This document shows positions 30,961 to 40,552 of a stretch of DNA of 64,000 nt, one piece after another. A model generated the notes under the pieces. That model did not search any database. It had not been told where the DNA came from and saw only the letters and a list, made by a program, of their open reading frames with translations. Every line of letters starts with the position of its first letter. The stretch's first letter is position 1. The stretch covers positions 1,858 through 65,857 of the forward strand of contig JASGME010000005.1 of the NCBI GenBank assembly GCA_030156615.1, read 5' to 3'. Made by a program: the position numbers and the translations under genes. This DNA comes from Candidatus Woesearchaeota archaeon (GTDB taxonomy: Archaea > Nanobdellota > Nanobdellia > Woesearchaeales > UBA119).

Positions 30961-31012
30961 ACTTTTTTGATTTTTTCTTTGTTTAGAAAAATAAAAAAAT
31001 ATAGAATAAAAA

Positions 31013-31303
31013 TTAATCTTTTTCTTCCATGCCTGCAATGTCTTCTTCTTCAGCAAACAAGAAGTCTTTTAATTCTTCTGCAAATTCCTTGTCGTGCTGC
31101 CTTATCCATTCAATCAACATCGCTGCATGCTCTTTCTCTTCATTTGCATTGTGAATCAATATTTTCTTCAGATTCTCATCACTGCATGCATCAGCTCTCT
31201 GTCTGTACCAATCTATTGCTTGCAATTCTTCTGTTAATGAATCTATTGCTCTTTTCAGATTCAATGTTTCCTCAGATAACTTTGTTCTTTCTTCTTTCAA
31301 CAT
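31013..31303 (-). CDS. Encapsulin-associated ferritin-like protein (EncFtn/Flp family), no C-terminal targeting tail
   Basis: RAIDSLTEELQAIDWYRQRADAC...LIHNANEEKEHAAMLIEWIR...LKDFLF; AGGTGA RBS before ATG 31303. Confidence 0.88.
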   Translation of the reverse strand: MLKEERTKLSEETLNLKRAIDSLTEELQAIDWYRQRADACSDENLKKILIHNANEEKEHAAMLIEWIRQHDKEFAEELKDFLFAEEEDIAGMEEKD

Positions 31304-31377
31304 TTTTTCACCTCTTTTAAAAGAATATAAGATTTTCAAATCCTTTCGCATTATTTAACTTTTTCTGTTTTTATTAG

Positions 31378-33261
31378 TTATGCCTTGAAAAGAAAATATC
31401 CGGTTTCGTTATAAACCAGTGGGAGTTTAAGCTCATTAAGCTTATTAACAGTTAGTTGAGCTCTCGAATTATTTTCAACAACGCAGTAAAAATCAAATGC
31501 AATATACTCAAAGTCTTTTTTATCCAAAAACTCTTTTATCTCTTCAACAGACTTATTGTAAAATTCTCTTTTCATTTGTTGGACTTCTTTATCCCAAGGA
31601 AGGGCTTTCCTGTCATAAGCTAATATCTTATCTTCAGAACCTCCACATAGACCAAAGATTAATGAATCCTTATCTATTGTTTGAGTTAAAGCCATATATC
31701 CAGTCAAAGTTCCTGGAGCCTGTGGCAATACATGAACCCCGGGGGGCCAAATTGCAAATCCCTGAACATAAATTTTCGGATATAAAGATCCCCATCCTAT
31801 TCCCACAATTAAAATAAATAATAAAGAGTAGAAAAGATACCTCTGATTTTTTACAATTTCTAATGAAAACATCCATGTTGTAGCAATGGCAAAAATCATC
31901 GCAGAAGGAATTGCTAATATTGACCAAAATCTATGTGGCATCAAATCAGGTCCCGGAAGACTATTTCCCAATGTTCCATAAAGAGAGAAAAAGAACCACA
32001 GAAGAAGTGTTATATTTCTAGCCATGATATCTTTTTTCCTTTCCTTTTCTGTTATCATTTGAACAATCAAGATAGGGATTCCAATTAAAGTCATCAAAAA
32101 AAGTACAGGACCAAATCCTGTTGCATTATCAATCTTATTTTGAATAGGAGAAATCAAAAAATCCCGAAAGTTATATATTTCACCTCCGCCCGATTCAACA
32201 GTGTTTATTGAACCGAAGATGTTGTTTATGTTTATGCTGTTCACAGCAAGTGTCTCTTCAATTCCATGAATGCAAAACATTGGAAACCAGAATAGAGAAA
32301 GAGAAAGTACAGTTGTTATAAGCAATGCATAAAAAAGCATCAATGGGAATTTTCTCGCAGATATCCAAAGAGACATTAAATAAAGAACGCAAAGGATTCC
32401 AAATATAAATGGATTTGACATTTGAGTTATTGACATTGCAAAGAAGGAAATAACAAACGGAACGAAGTAATTTCTATCGTTTCTAAGTCTATTTTTTTCA
32501 ATTTTTGATAGTTTAAACATAGAATAAAAGCCAGGCACAAAGAGAAGCATAGCCAAGCTAGATGCCCAAATAAAATGTCCAAAAAAACAAGGCGTAACCG
32601 TTAAAGCAATCAAAGCAACTATTGCTTCTTTCTTTCTAAGTATTTGTCTAAAAACAAAATAAAATCCGGCGTATCCTAATGCAAGAATAAGAGAATTAAA
32701 AAATTTAAGAGTCCATATTGTTTCTGAAGAAACCTGTTTTAGTGTTCCTGTTAGAAATAAAAAGCCCGGAGGATAAGGTTCAAGATATTTTTCAAAGTAA
32801 TTTCCTCTCTCTACTCCAGTTGTTTTAAATTGAGCAACATAATTCATAGCTCCAGCATGAATCCAAGGATCATCGTCTTCAAGATATGGATACCTAAAAC
32901 TTCCCATCAAGAATAAAGAGAAAATGAATAAAAATATCATTGAAGGAACTAAAATATCAATTATTTCAGCTTTAGATATCTTGAGAGATTTTTTTCTTCC
33001 TCTGTCTTCTTTGTTCTTTAGTCTCTTGATTATTAGCCATGCAGGATATATCAACGATAGAATTAAGAAGATACGCCAGTCTAAAGGTAATGGTGACCAT
33101 CTTATGAAAAGTGCAATTGTTACAAAAAAAGTCAATCCAAACACAGGCATAAGAAATATCTTTTCAGCGATATTGTTTAGCTTAATCTTCCTTGTTAAAA
33201 ACAGACCAAAACCATAGCTAATTACCAAGAAGTAAATCAATGGTGCAATTTGAAATGCCAT
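31378..33261 (-). CDS. Multi-pass GT-C-like membrane glycosyltransferase
   Basis: Many TM helices, luminal YLEDDDPWIHA acidic motif, YPPG, soluble C-terminal domain; adjacent to a GT2 gene. Confidence 0.65.
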   Translation of the reverse strand: MAFQIAPLIYFLVISYGFGLFLTRKIKLNNIAEKIFLMPVFGLTFFVTIALFIRWSPLPLDWRIFLILSLIYPAWLIIKRLKNKEDRGRKKSLKISKAEIIDILVPSMIFLFIFSLFLMGSFRYPYLEDDDPWIHAGAMNYVAQFKTTGVERGNYFEKYLEPYPPGFLFLTGTLKQVSSETIWTLKFFNSLILALGYAGFYFVFRQILRKKEAIVALIALTVTPCFFGHFIWASSLAMLLFVPGFYSMFKLSKIEKNRLRNDRNYFVPFVISFFAMSITQMSNPFIFGILCVLYLMSLWISARKFPLMLFYALLITTVLSLSLFWFPMFCIHGIEETLAVNSININNIFGSINTVESGGGEIYNFRDFLISPIQNKIDNATGFGPVLFLMTLIGIPILIVQMITEKERKKDIMARNITLLLWFFFSLYGTLGNSLPGPDLMPHRFWSILAIPSAMIFAIATTWMFSLEIVKNQRYLFYSLLFILIVGIGWGSLYPKIYVQGFAIWPPGVHVLPQAPGTLTGYMALTQTIDKDSLIFGLCGGSEDKILAYDRKALPWDKEVQQMKREFYNKSVEEIKEFLDKKDFEYIAFDFYCVVENNSRAQLTVNKLNELKLPLVYNETGYFLFKA

Positions 33262-33280
33262 TTTGTTCTTTTTAGTTTAA

Positions 33281-33976
33281 TCAGTTAACAAATCTATATT
33301 TTATTAATGTTGCTATGGCCTTAAATCCATCCTTTGCCTTTATCTTTTTTCCCTCTTTAGTTTTTCTTGGATGATATGATATCGGAACTTCAACTATTTT
33401 GTACCCTTTCTTTAATATTTTTGCAGTAATCTCCGGTTCCCATTCAAATCCGTTACTTTCAAAACTAATTTCTTTAAAAATTCCTCTCTCAAATGCTTTG
33501 TAACATGTAGGTTCATCTGTCAATTTTGCATGGAATAAAATATTTGCTGTTAGCGTAACCATTCTCCCACCAAGATAAAAAGTCAATGATGATTTTTCTT
33601 TGTTTCTTTTTTCTAAAATTCTAGACCCATATACTACCTTTGTTTCTCCTTCCAAAATAGGAGCAATAACTTTTTCATATTCATCTGGGTCATATTCTAA
33701 ATCTGCATCTTGAACTATCAAAATATCCCCGCATGAAGCCTTTATTGCAGTTCTGATTGCACCACCTTTACCCAAGTTTTTATCATGAAATATTAATTTG
33801 ATATTTTTATATTCTTTAGCTTTTTCTCGCAATAATTCTCGACTTCCATCCGTAGAACCATCATCAACTATTATAACTTCTTTTTCTATAGATAATTTTG
33901 CATTCTCCACCTTATCAATGAGCTCTTTTATCGTGTTCACTTCGTTATAAACAGGGATTAATACACTTAATTTCAT
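33281..33976 (-). CDS. GT2 polyprenol-phosphate glycosyltransferase (DPM1-like)
   Basis: LSVLIPVYNE, VDDGSTDGS, NLGKGGA, QDADLEYDP, GSR, FEWEPEIT, EVPISY. Confidence 0.92.
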   Translation of the reverse strand: MKLSVLIPVYNEVNTIKELIDKVENAKLSIEKEVIIVDDGSTDGSRELLREKAKEYKNIKLIFHDKNLGKGGAIRTAIKASCGDILIVQDADLEYDPDEYEKVIAPILEGETKVVYGSRILEKRNKEKSSLTFYLGGRMVTLTANILFHAKLTDEPTCYKAFERGIFKEISFESNGFEWEPEITAKILKKGYKIVEVPISYHPRKTKEGKKIKAKDGFKAIATLIKYRFVN

Positions 33977-34066
33977 AATCCTTCTTTTACCTTTGGATTA
34001 AAAAAACTTTTCTATTGATTTTTTCATAGAAAGTTTTATTAAACAAAAAATTAATGATTTCTATGT

Positions 34067-34660
34067 ATGGTTGGAAGGTATTTCATAGCATTGATTCCAG
34101 ATGAAAAGGCATTAAAAAAGATTCAGAAGATTCAACATCAGTTCCTTTTGCTTGATAAAAGCATCTATAAGACATCGCTCCCAATACACATAACCCTTAA
34201 AGAGACTTTTGCAAGTGATAGAATTGTTGATTTGGAGAGAGAATTGGCCCTTATCGTGAAAGATTTTCTGCCTTTTTCTGTTAATGTTACAGGCTACGAC
34301 ATTTTCAACAATCGTTGCGTTGTTCTGAAGAATTCCAAGCCTGATGAAATTCAGCGACTCCATGAATCAATTATTGATTTGGCAAACAATTATAGAATTG
34401 ATGAACTCAGAGGAGGCCTTTTAAGTCAATGTCAGAATGAAAGGCAAAAAGAATATCTATTTAAATACAACAATATCTTTGTAAAGGAATATTATGCACC
34501 ACATATCACATTAGTTTATCTGAAAGATAAGAAAAAGTTAAAATTGGTGAATGATTTTATGAAAAATGCAGATTTAAATATACAAATGCATTTTTCTGAT
34601 GTTGCAATAATAGACAAGAAAGATAATAAGCCAAGAGCAAGATTCAAATTTTCATGCTGA
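34067..34660 (+). CDS. 2H phosphoesterase (2'-5' RNA ligase superfamily)
   Basis: Two HxT motifs (IHITL, PHITL) and an N-terminal RYFIAL. Confidence 0.85.
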   Translation: MVGRYFIALIPDEKALKKIQKIQHQFLLLDKSIYKTSLPIHITLKETFASDRIVDLERELALIVKDFLPFSVNVTGYDIFNNRCVVLKNSKPDEIQRLHESIIDLANNYRIDELRGGLLSQCQNERQKEYLFKYNNIFVKEYYAPHITLVYLKDKKKLKLVNDFMKNADLNIQMHFSDVAIIDKKDNKPRARFKFSC

Positions 34661-34666
34661 TGAAAA

Positions 34667-35110
34667 ATGGAATGCGATATTTGTGGAAAGAAAGCAGATA
34701 AGTTATATGAGGTTGAGGTTGAAGGAACCCTGCTTCATTTGTGCGAAGAATGTAAAAGATTCGGAAAAGAAATCAAAAAACCTAAGTTAGTTTTTACAAA
34801 AAAACCAACTGCTTTGAAAGAAGACGAACCAATTGAATCAATCAGACCAGACTTTTCATTAGTTATAAAACAAGCCCGTCAAAAGCTTGGAATGAAACAA
34901 GAAGAAGTTGCAAAGAGAATCAATGAAAAAGCTTCTCTCATACATAGCATTGAGACCGGAAAACATGAACCTTCAATCCCTCTTGCAAGGAAATTAGAGA
35001 AATTCTTTGGAATAAGCTTGATTGAAAATATTGAAGCAGAAAAGAAAACAAATCAAAAAAAAGATAATTCAGCTCTAACAATAGGAGACATAATTAATTT
35101 GAAGAAGTGA
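34667..35110 (+). CDS. mbf1: Multiprotein bridging factor 1 (Zn ribbon + HTH)
   Basis: MECDICG...LCEEC; KQARQKLGMKQEEVAKRINEKASLIHSIETG; LTIGD. Confidence 0.93.
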   Translation: MECDICGKKADKLYEVEVEGTLLHLCEECKRFGKEIKKPKLVFTKKPTALKEDEPIESIRPDFSLVIKQARQKLGMKQEEVAKRINEKASLIHSIETGKHEPSIPLARKLEKFFGISLIENIEAEKKTNQKKDNSALTIGDIINLKK

Positions 35111-35113
35111 TTA

Positions 35114-35824
35114 TTAGCATATCTTTGACATTGCCTCCTCATCTTCTATTTTACTGCACAATATCTCACCAAGTTCTTCCTTAGTTAAGAATCCATAAGT
35201 TTTGCTATCTACAACAAGGCCTGGCAATGAGCTCACATTATAAGTACTCATTAAAAGCTGTATTGTTGGTTCTTCCTCAAAGTTAGAATCAAGAGCGAAA
35301 GTAAATAATTTATTTCCTAATTTTAATTTAAAATAATCTAATATTATTCCTTGTTCCTCGCATCTCGGGCAGTCCTTTTCATCACCGTAAAAATATAGTA
35401 TTGTTACAAAATCTCCTTCTTCAGGGCAACGTTCTTTAAGAAGGTTTGCTATATACCAAAAATTGATTTGCGAAAGAGTGTATTTCCTTTTCATAACTTT
35501 AAATTCTTCCTCGTTTATGTTTGTCTCTCTGCTGTACGCTTCCAATCTCGACCTTTGTTGTTCGAGATCTTGAACGAATGTATTAAACAACTCCTTTAAC
35601 CCTTTACAGTTTTCCTTTAAAATATTGCTTTCTGCTAACTGGTATTGAAGTTGAAGACTTTTGAATCCAAGCTCTTGTTTCTCGTATGCTTCTTCAAAGT
35701 AATCAATTCTTATGTTTTCCATTACAAAGCCTAAAAAATATCCTAACGAAAATATTGCTAATGTTATCACAAAAGATACAATATACCTCCTTTTATCAAT
35801 TCTTCTTTTATTCATTATTTCCAC
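35114..35824 (-). CDS. Membrane-anchored protein with thioredoxin-like CxxC domain
   Basis: N-terminal TM; ILYFY...DCPRCEEQG...YNVSSLPGLVV; overlaps the GT2 gene. Confidence 0.7.
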   Translation of the reverse strand: MEIMNKRRIDKRRYIVSFVITLAIFSLGYFLGFVMENIRIDYFEEAYEKQELGFKSLQLQYQLAESNILKENCKGLKELFNTFVQDLEQQRSRLEAYSRETNINEEEFKVMKRKYTLSQINFWYIANLLKERCPEEGDFVTILYFYGDEKDCPRCEEQGIILDYFKLKLGNKLFTFALDSNFEEEPTIQLLMSTYNVSSLPGLVVDSKTYGFLTKEELGEILCSKIEDEEAMSKIC

Positions 35825-37110
35825 TTTACCTCTCTTCTAAAGACCATATCTCGAAGTACTAAAATCCACACATATCCTAAGAAGAAAAAATATATAAAAA
35901 AGTATGAGAATAAAGCAATTCCTTTCTTCTCTAACCTTTCGTTAAAAATCTTTAAGCCGTTGTACAAGAGAAAAATGCTTATTGATAAAAAAATAATGCT
36001 TATTGATATTGCTTTAACATTGAGATTCAGGAAAAAGAACTCTTTATTGAAATTAGTAAGACTGTCAATTATGTATTCCTTAAAATTGAAATCGTATGTT
36101 TTAAATAAAAGAAAATAAGTTTTTATTGGTTTTCTGAGATTAAACACAGATAAAAGGATGGTGATAACGACGAATATTCCAGAAAAAAGCACCATCGGCA
36201 ATTGGAAAAGACCAAAATCTCCATATTCTTTGTTAAAAAGCATGTGCGAATAATCCTTTAGGTTTCTGAGTCCACCAACTCCCCATCTTATTCTTTGCTT
36301 TGCGAGTGATTTCAAATTATTTGGAGTTTTTGTATAAACGACTGCTTCGTCGCATTGCTTTATCTCATAATTCTTCTCTTGAATTCTCATTGCGATATCC
36401 ATGTCTTCTGTTTTATGTCCTTCTCTAAAACCACCAAGCTCTTTTACCAATTTTGTTCTAAATACAGGCAAAGGTCCGGGAGTTACATGAATTGCATTTT
36501 TTCTCGTTAATACAGACTTATAAAAATGATTTATAGAGTATTCAAACCATTGTATTTTTTCGATGGCTTTTTTTGGGTTTTTAACTTTGAGAATTGGAGA
36601 AACTGCACCAACCTTTTGAGTTGTAAATTCCTGAAGCAGATTTTTTAAAGCATCCTTTTCCGGATATGAATCAGCATCAAGAGTAGCAAAGAAAGGGGTA
36701 TCAATTCTCTCAAGAGCATTATTAATCGCGGCATATTTCCCCTTATTCTCTTGATGAAGAATCGTTATTTTAAGCTGAGGATTCTTTTTCATCTCTTCAT
36801 TGGCAGTGTTTTTTGCAATTTTTAAGCTGTTGTCTTTTGATCCATCATCTACAACATAGATCTTTAATTTATCAGAAGGATAATCTAGTTTGCATGTCGT
36901 TTGAATAGTTTCCTTTATATTCTCTTCTTCATTATACATAGGAATTATTATTGAAACCTCCGGCCACTCTTTATACACGACTTTGGCGTTTTTTTTAGGT
37001 TCTTCTAGGAGAACTAACATCCAGAATACAACATAATAAAGAGAGATGAAGAGTATAACATTTATGATTACATTAGTTATTAATATCATAATGGAATGAT
37101 TGTTAATCAA
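35815..37110 (-). CDS. Processive GT2 glycosyltransferase (PgaC/cellulose-synthase-like)
   Basis: IIPMYNEE, DDGSKD, GKYAAIN, LDADS, TED, QRIRW motif; N- and C-terminal TMs. Confidence 0.9.
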   Translation of the reverse strand: MINNHSIMILITNVIINVILFISLYYVVFWMLVLLEEPKKNAKVVYKEWPEVSIIIPMYNEEENIKETIQTTCKLDYPSDKLKIYVVDDGSKDNSLKIAKNTANEEMKKNPQLKITILHQENKGKYAAINNALERIDTPFFATLDADSYPEKDALKNLLQEFTTQKVGAVSPILKVKNPKKAIEKIQWFEYSINHFYKSVLTRKNAIHVTPGPLPVFRTKLVKELGGFREGHKTEDMDIAMRIQEKNYEIKQCDEAVVYTKTPNNLKSLAKQRIRWGVGGLRNLKDYSHMLFNKEYGDFGLFQLPMVLFSGIFVVITILLSVFNLRKPIKTYFLLFKTYDFNFKEYIIDSLTNFNKEFFFLNLNVKAISISIIFLSISIFLLYNGLKIFNERLEKKGIALFSYFFIYFFFLGYVWILVLRDMVFRREVKWK

Positions 37111-37141
37111 TCTTATTTATAAAATTTTCTCAGTTTTGGGC

Positions 37142-38917
37142 TTGTCCAGAAAAGTATAAAAAGGTATGCTGATTCTGAATTCTCTGTGATGAAAGATGAA
37201 AAAACAATTATCTCTTATTAGTAAGAGTAAGTTACGCTCAATGATCAGGGATGTTTTCTCTGGAAAAGTCCTGTTTTTTATTAAATTTAACAAATCAATC
37301 TAATTCGTGGGAAATATGGGAAGTAAAAATGATTAAGAGACTAATAAAAGGTAACAAAGAGAAGAGAATAATTCTGATTTTATTTATCCTTTCAACCTCT
37401 TTTTTTATCTATCAAAATGCAACATGTTTGTCATGGGATTTTAGTTCTTATGTTCTAAATGCAAAATATTGGTTTGATGGCGGTAAATACTTTGAACCAT
37501 TAAGACCACCGGCAATGCCTTTCATCTTAGGATTATTTAGCGTTTTTGGCTGGAGAGCTTCAGAAACCATATTCGTTATTTTAACATCTTTTTTGTTCAT
37601 GTATTCAACTGTAAGATTAGCAAAAGATCTTAACTTTAATCCTATTGTATTCTACGCAATAAGCCTTAATGCATATTTACTTAGCGTAGGTCTTATAAAT
37701 GGAACAGAATTATTATCGCTTGCTTTTTTAGAGCTTTTTTTATCTTTTCTGATTGAAAACAAGCCCATTTCTGGATTATTTTTAGGATTAAGCTCATTAT
37801 CAAGATATACGGGGTTTGCCTTTTTTCCCCTTATTCTTCTACATTTAAACATTAAGAAAATACTCAAAAGTTTGATTCTATTTGGAGCAACAGTTTCTTC
37901 ATGGTTTATATACAATTATTATAAATTTGGAAATCTGTTCACAAGTATTGCTGATCAATATGCTAACAATATTCTTTACAGAGAATATCTTATTCAACCG
38001 ATGCAACTATCACATTTTTTACAACTCCAAAACATTTTGCTCCCTTTTTTCTTAATAGGAGTCATAATTAAAATTTATAGAGGATTTGAACAAATAAAAG
38101 TCTTAAAAAGGCACAAAATATCTTTGCTGGAATTCCTGAATAAATATAAAATAGAACTAATTATTCTGTTCCTTTTATTCACTTCAATATTCAGTTACAA
38201 GAACACCCCTGTAAAAGATGTGAGGTATCTATTCAATTTGGTTTTACCAACATTCTACTTTTCTTATATTGGCTTAAATTATATTGTCAAAAAAACAAAG
38301 GATGACAAGAGATTATTGCTCTTTATCGCAATATTAATTTTTATCGTTAGCTTCTTTACTGCATCATTTTTAATTCAGAATAACCTGTGTGAACCACGAG
38401 GAATATATCTTGATGCAATAAATAAGTTAGATGAATTAAATCTTTCAGAATGTTCAATTATGTCCAACGCGTGGGTAATACTGAACGATTTAAATAGACC
38501 ATCCTTGCCTTTCCCAAGAGAAGAATTGATAAGTAGGAGCATTGAAGAAGGTCAAATCATTGTTTTATTTAAGCATGTTAAAGAGCCGCCTTATGTTTTT
38601 GATAATTATGTTATGGGATCATTACCTTTAATATACGAAGATGAAAAATTTATAATCTTGGGAACAGGAAAATGCCTCCCAATAACTCCCTTTGAAGAGA
38701 GTTATTTACAACAATTAGATAAAATCATATTTGATTTATACGCATATCATATAAACACAAATCCTTGTTTTATTCTGTTCCATAATTCTCCATTCCTTGA
38801 AAAAACATGTAATTTCGTTAATCTAAATGGATTTAAACAGGATGAATATCGAGTACTTCAATGAAAATTTCTAAAATTAATTCATAAAGAAGAATCAACT
38901 GGTTTGTCCAGAAAAGT
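37142..38917 (+). repeat. 14-bp direct repeat TTGTCCAGAAAAGT flanking the 37329-38864 gene
   Basis: Identical copies at 37142-37155 and 38904-38917, each running into a TATA-like TATAAA. Confidence 0.7.
37329..38864 (+). CDS. GT-C (PMT/ArnT-like) membrane glycosyltransferase
   Basis: SWDFSSYVLNA, EPLRPP, TELLS, LSRY, KDVRYL; many TM helices. ORF-track start is 37251. Confidence 0.75.
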   Translation: MIKRLIKGNKEKRIILILFILSTSFFIYQNATCLSWDFSSYVLNAKYWFDGGKYFEPLRPPAMPFILGLFSVFGWRASETIFVILTSFLFMYSTVRLAKDLNFNPIVFYAISLNAYLLSVGLINGTELLSLAFLELFLSFLIENKPISGLFLGLSSLSRYTGFAFFPLILLHLNIKKILKSLILFGATVSSWFIYNYYKFGNLFTSIADQYANNILYREYLIQPMQLSHFLQLQNILLPFFLIGVIIKIYRGFEQIKVLKRHKISLLEFLNKYKIELIILFLLFTSIFSYKNTPVKDVRYLFNLVLPTFYFSYIGLNYIVKKTKDDKRLLLFIAILIFIVSFFTASFLIQNNLCEPRGIYLDAINKLDELNLSECSIMSNAWVILNDLNRPSLPFPREELISRSIEEGQIIVLFKHVKEPPYVFDNYVMGSLPLIYEDEKFIILGTGKCLPITPFEESYLQQLDKIIFDLYAYHINTNPCFILFHNSPFLEKTCNFVNLNGFKQDEYRVLQ

Positions 38918-39100
38918 TTATAAATATACTTTAGTTATTTGTCTAAAAAAGAGTGGAAACATTTCTTGCCAACACTTAAATGTCGCCTACATCATTTAAA
39001 GGAAAGAGAATTCGCTTGGATCATCATTTTATACAAATTATGGAGGATTAGTCCACATCTGTAAGTTAGTCCTAGATGATCACTTGTTCAGGGTATATCA

Positions 39101-40534
39101 TTAATTTTGCTCCTTTATAACTACTATTTCAATTCCTTGTCCAATCTGCCTTTCCTCAAAAACCTCGTGATTTCTCAATAAAAAGAGAAGACCTTCCTCT
39201 TCATGGTTCCATACAAGCCCTTTCTTCATTTCATCTGTTATTAAAATGTATTTTACATTAAGTTCTCTCGCAGACTCGAGAGTTTTATCCATCTCTCTTG
39301 AATAAAATAAGTTGTAAAATGATGATAATTTTTCATTAGAATTTTCTGTATTGTTCAATAAAAGTATAAGCTCTTTGAGATTTCTTCTATGAGCTAAAAT
39401 ACCTTTTGTTTCCATCAAAGGATTTTGTGTTGTTTCATTAAAATTATGTTCTCTTGCATTAGTGTATTCTAAAAGTGGCATATAGTATGGATGAGTTGCT
39501 ATATTTTGAAGAGGGTATTTCTCTACAATAAATTCAGATTCTCTTACTAATTCTTCATTTATGTTTATTTCGGGAAGAACATTAAAGAAGAGAGATGTGC
39601 TTAAAGCAAAAATTCCAAATAAAGTGCAGATTGTTGCAACCATGGCATTTTTTATCTCCCACTTCTTAGAAAAAGAGTCATATGCTGCTTTTCCTGCCAA
39701 TATGCAAAATAAAATATTCAGAATCGGCAGATAATATAAGCTGTGGAAAAGAACTAAAATACTCAATAAGAAGAATATTATGAATACCCTTTTACTATTT
39801 ATTTTTGCTACAAAAAGCCCGATTATGCCGTATACAGCTGTAATTAGAGATATCCCGAAGATGTTCCCAAATTCAAACACAATATCTGTAATGCCTTGAT
39901 TAAGAGAAGGAACTAATTCATAAGCTGTGTTTAGGAGATAGTTAGAGGTACTTACTGAAATTATTAAAAGGATTAGAAGAAATATCTTTGTCTTTCTATA
40001 GCTTTTATGTGATAAAATATTGATGCAAGTTAATACAAGAAAGAATAACAAAGCAACGAATGATAATAAAGAACTAAAAACAAGGATTAATGTACCAATA
40101 ACCTTTAATGAATTTGATGAATTTAAGAAAAAGGAAAAGCCAAGCAATAAAAATATAATGAGCAAGGCTAAAGGATTTAATGTTGAAAAAAAGAATAAGT
40201 GTGCAGGAGACAAAACGTACAATAACATAGCGATTATTCCTGCATCTTTTCCAGCCAGAAAAGAAGCTATATTAAAAAGACTATAGCATCCAACAACAGA
40301 AATGGTTGTTAGTAGAATCCTTAATAGAATTTCAGAGGTTATGGCTTCTGATAAAAAAATTGTAGTCCTGCCCAAGATACTATTATCAAAGATTGAATAA
40401 GATATATTTGTTCTAGGGATAGTCCCCAAATTATTCTGAGTTATAGCCAAATTGATTAAAATAATATTTAATCCTAAAATCAATAAGAGCCAGAGCAAAA
40501 CCTTTTTGCGTTTTCCATTGTTCTTTTTTTTCAT
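39101..40534 (-). CDS. Multi-pass membrane protein, GT-C/AglB-like architecture
   Basis: Many TMs and a C-terminal soluble domain with LNVKYILIT. Confidence 0.55.
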   Translation of the reverse strand: MKKKNNGKRKKVLLWLLLILGLNIILINLAITQNNLGTIPRTNISYSIFDNSILGRTTIFLSEAITSEILLRILLTTISVVGCYSLFNIASFLAGKDAGIIAMLLYVLSPAHLFFFSTLNPLALLIIFLLLGFSFFLNSSNSLKVIGTLILVFSSLLSFVALLFFLVLTCINILSHKSYRKTKIFLLILLIISVSTSNYLLNTAYELVPSLNQGITDIVFEFGNIFGISLITAVYGIIGLFVAKINSKRVFIIFFLLSILVLFHSLYYLPILNILFCILAGKAAYDSFSKKWEIKNAMVATICTLFGIFALSTSLFFNVLPEININEELVRESEFIVEKYPLQNIATHPYYMPLLEYTNAREHNFNETTQNPLMETKGILAHRRNLKELILLLNNTENSNEKLSSFYNLFYSREMDKTLESARELNVKYILITDEMKKGLVWNHEEEGLLFLLRNHEVFEERQIGQGIEIVVIKEQN

Positions 40535-40552
40535 TTTTCTCCTTTGTTTGCT

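Noticed and set aside
27289-31531. DGR template/variable repeat pair
   Set aside because: Mismatches involve all four bases, are often synonymous and include an indel; no reverse transcriptase in the window. Better explained as a paralog remnant.
37186-37250. Box C/D sRNA starting at GTGATGA
   Set aside because: No CTGA D or D' box at suitable spacing downstream.
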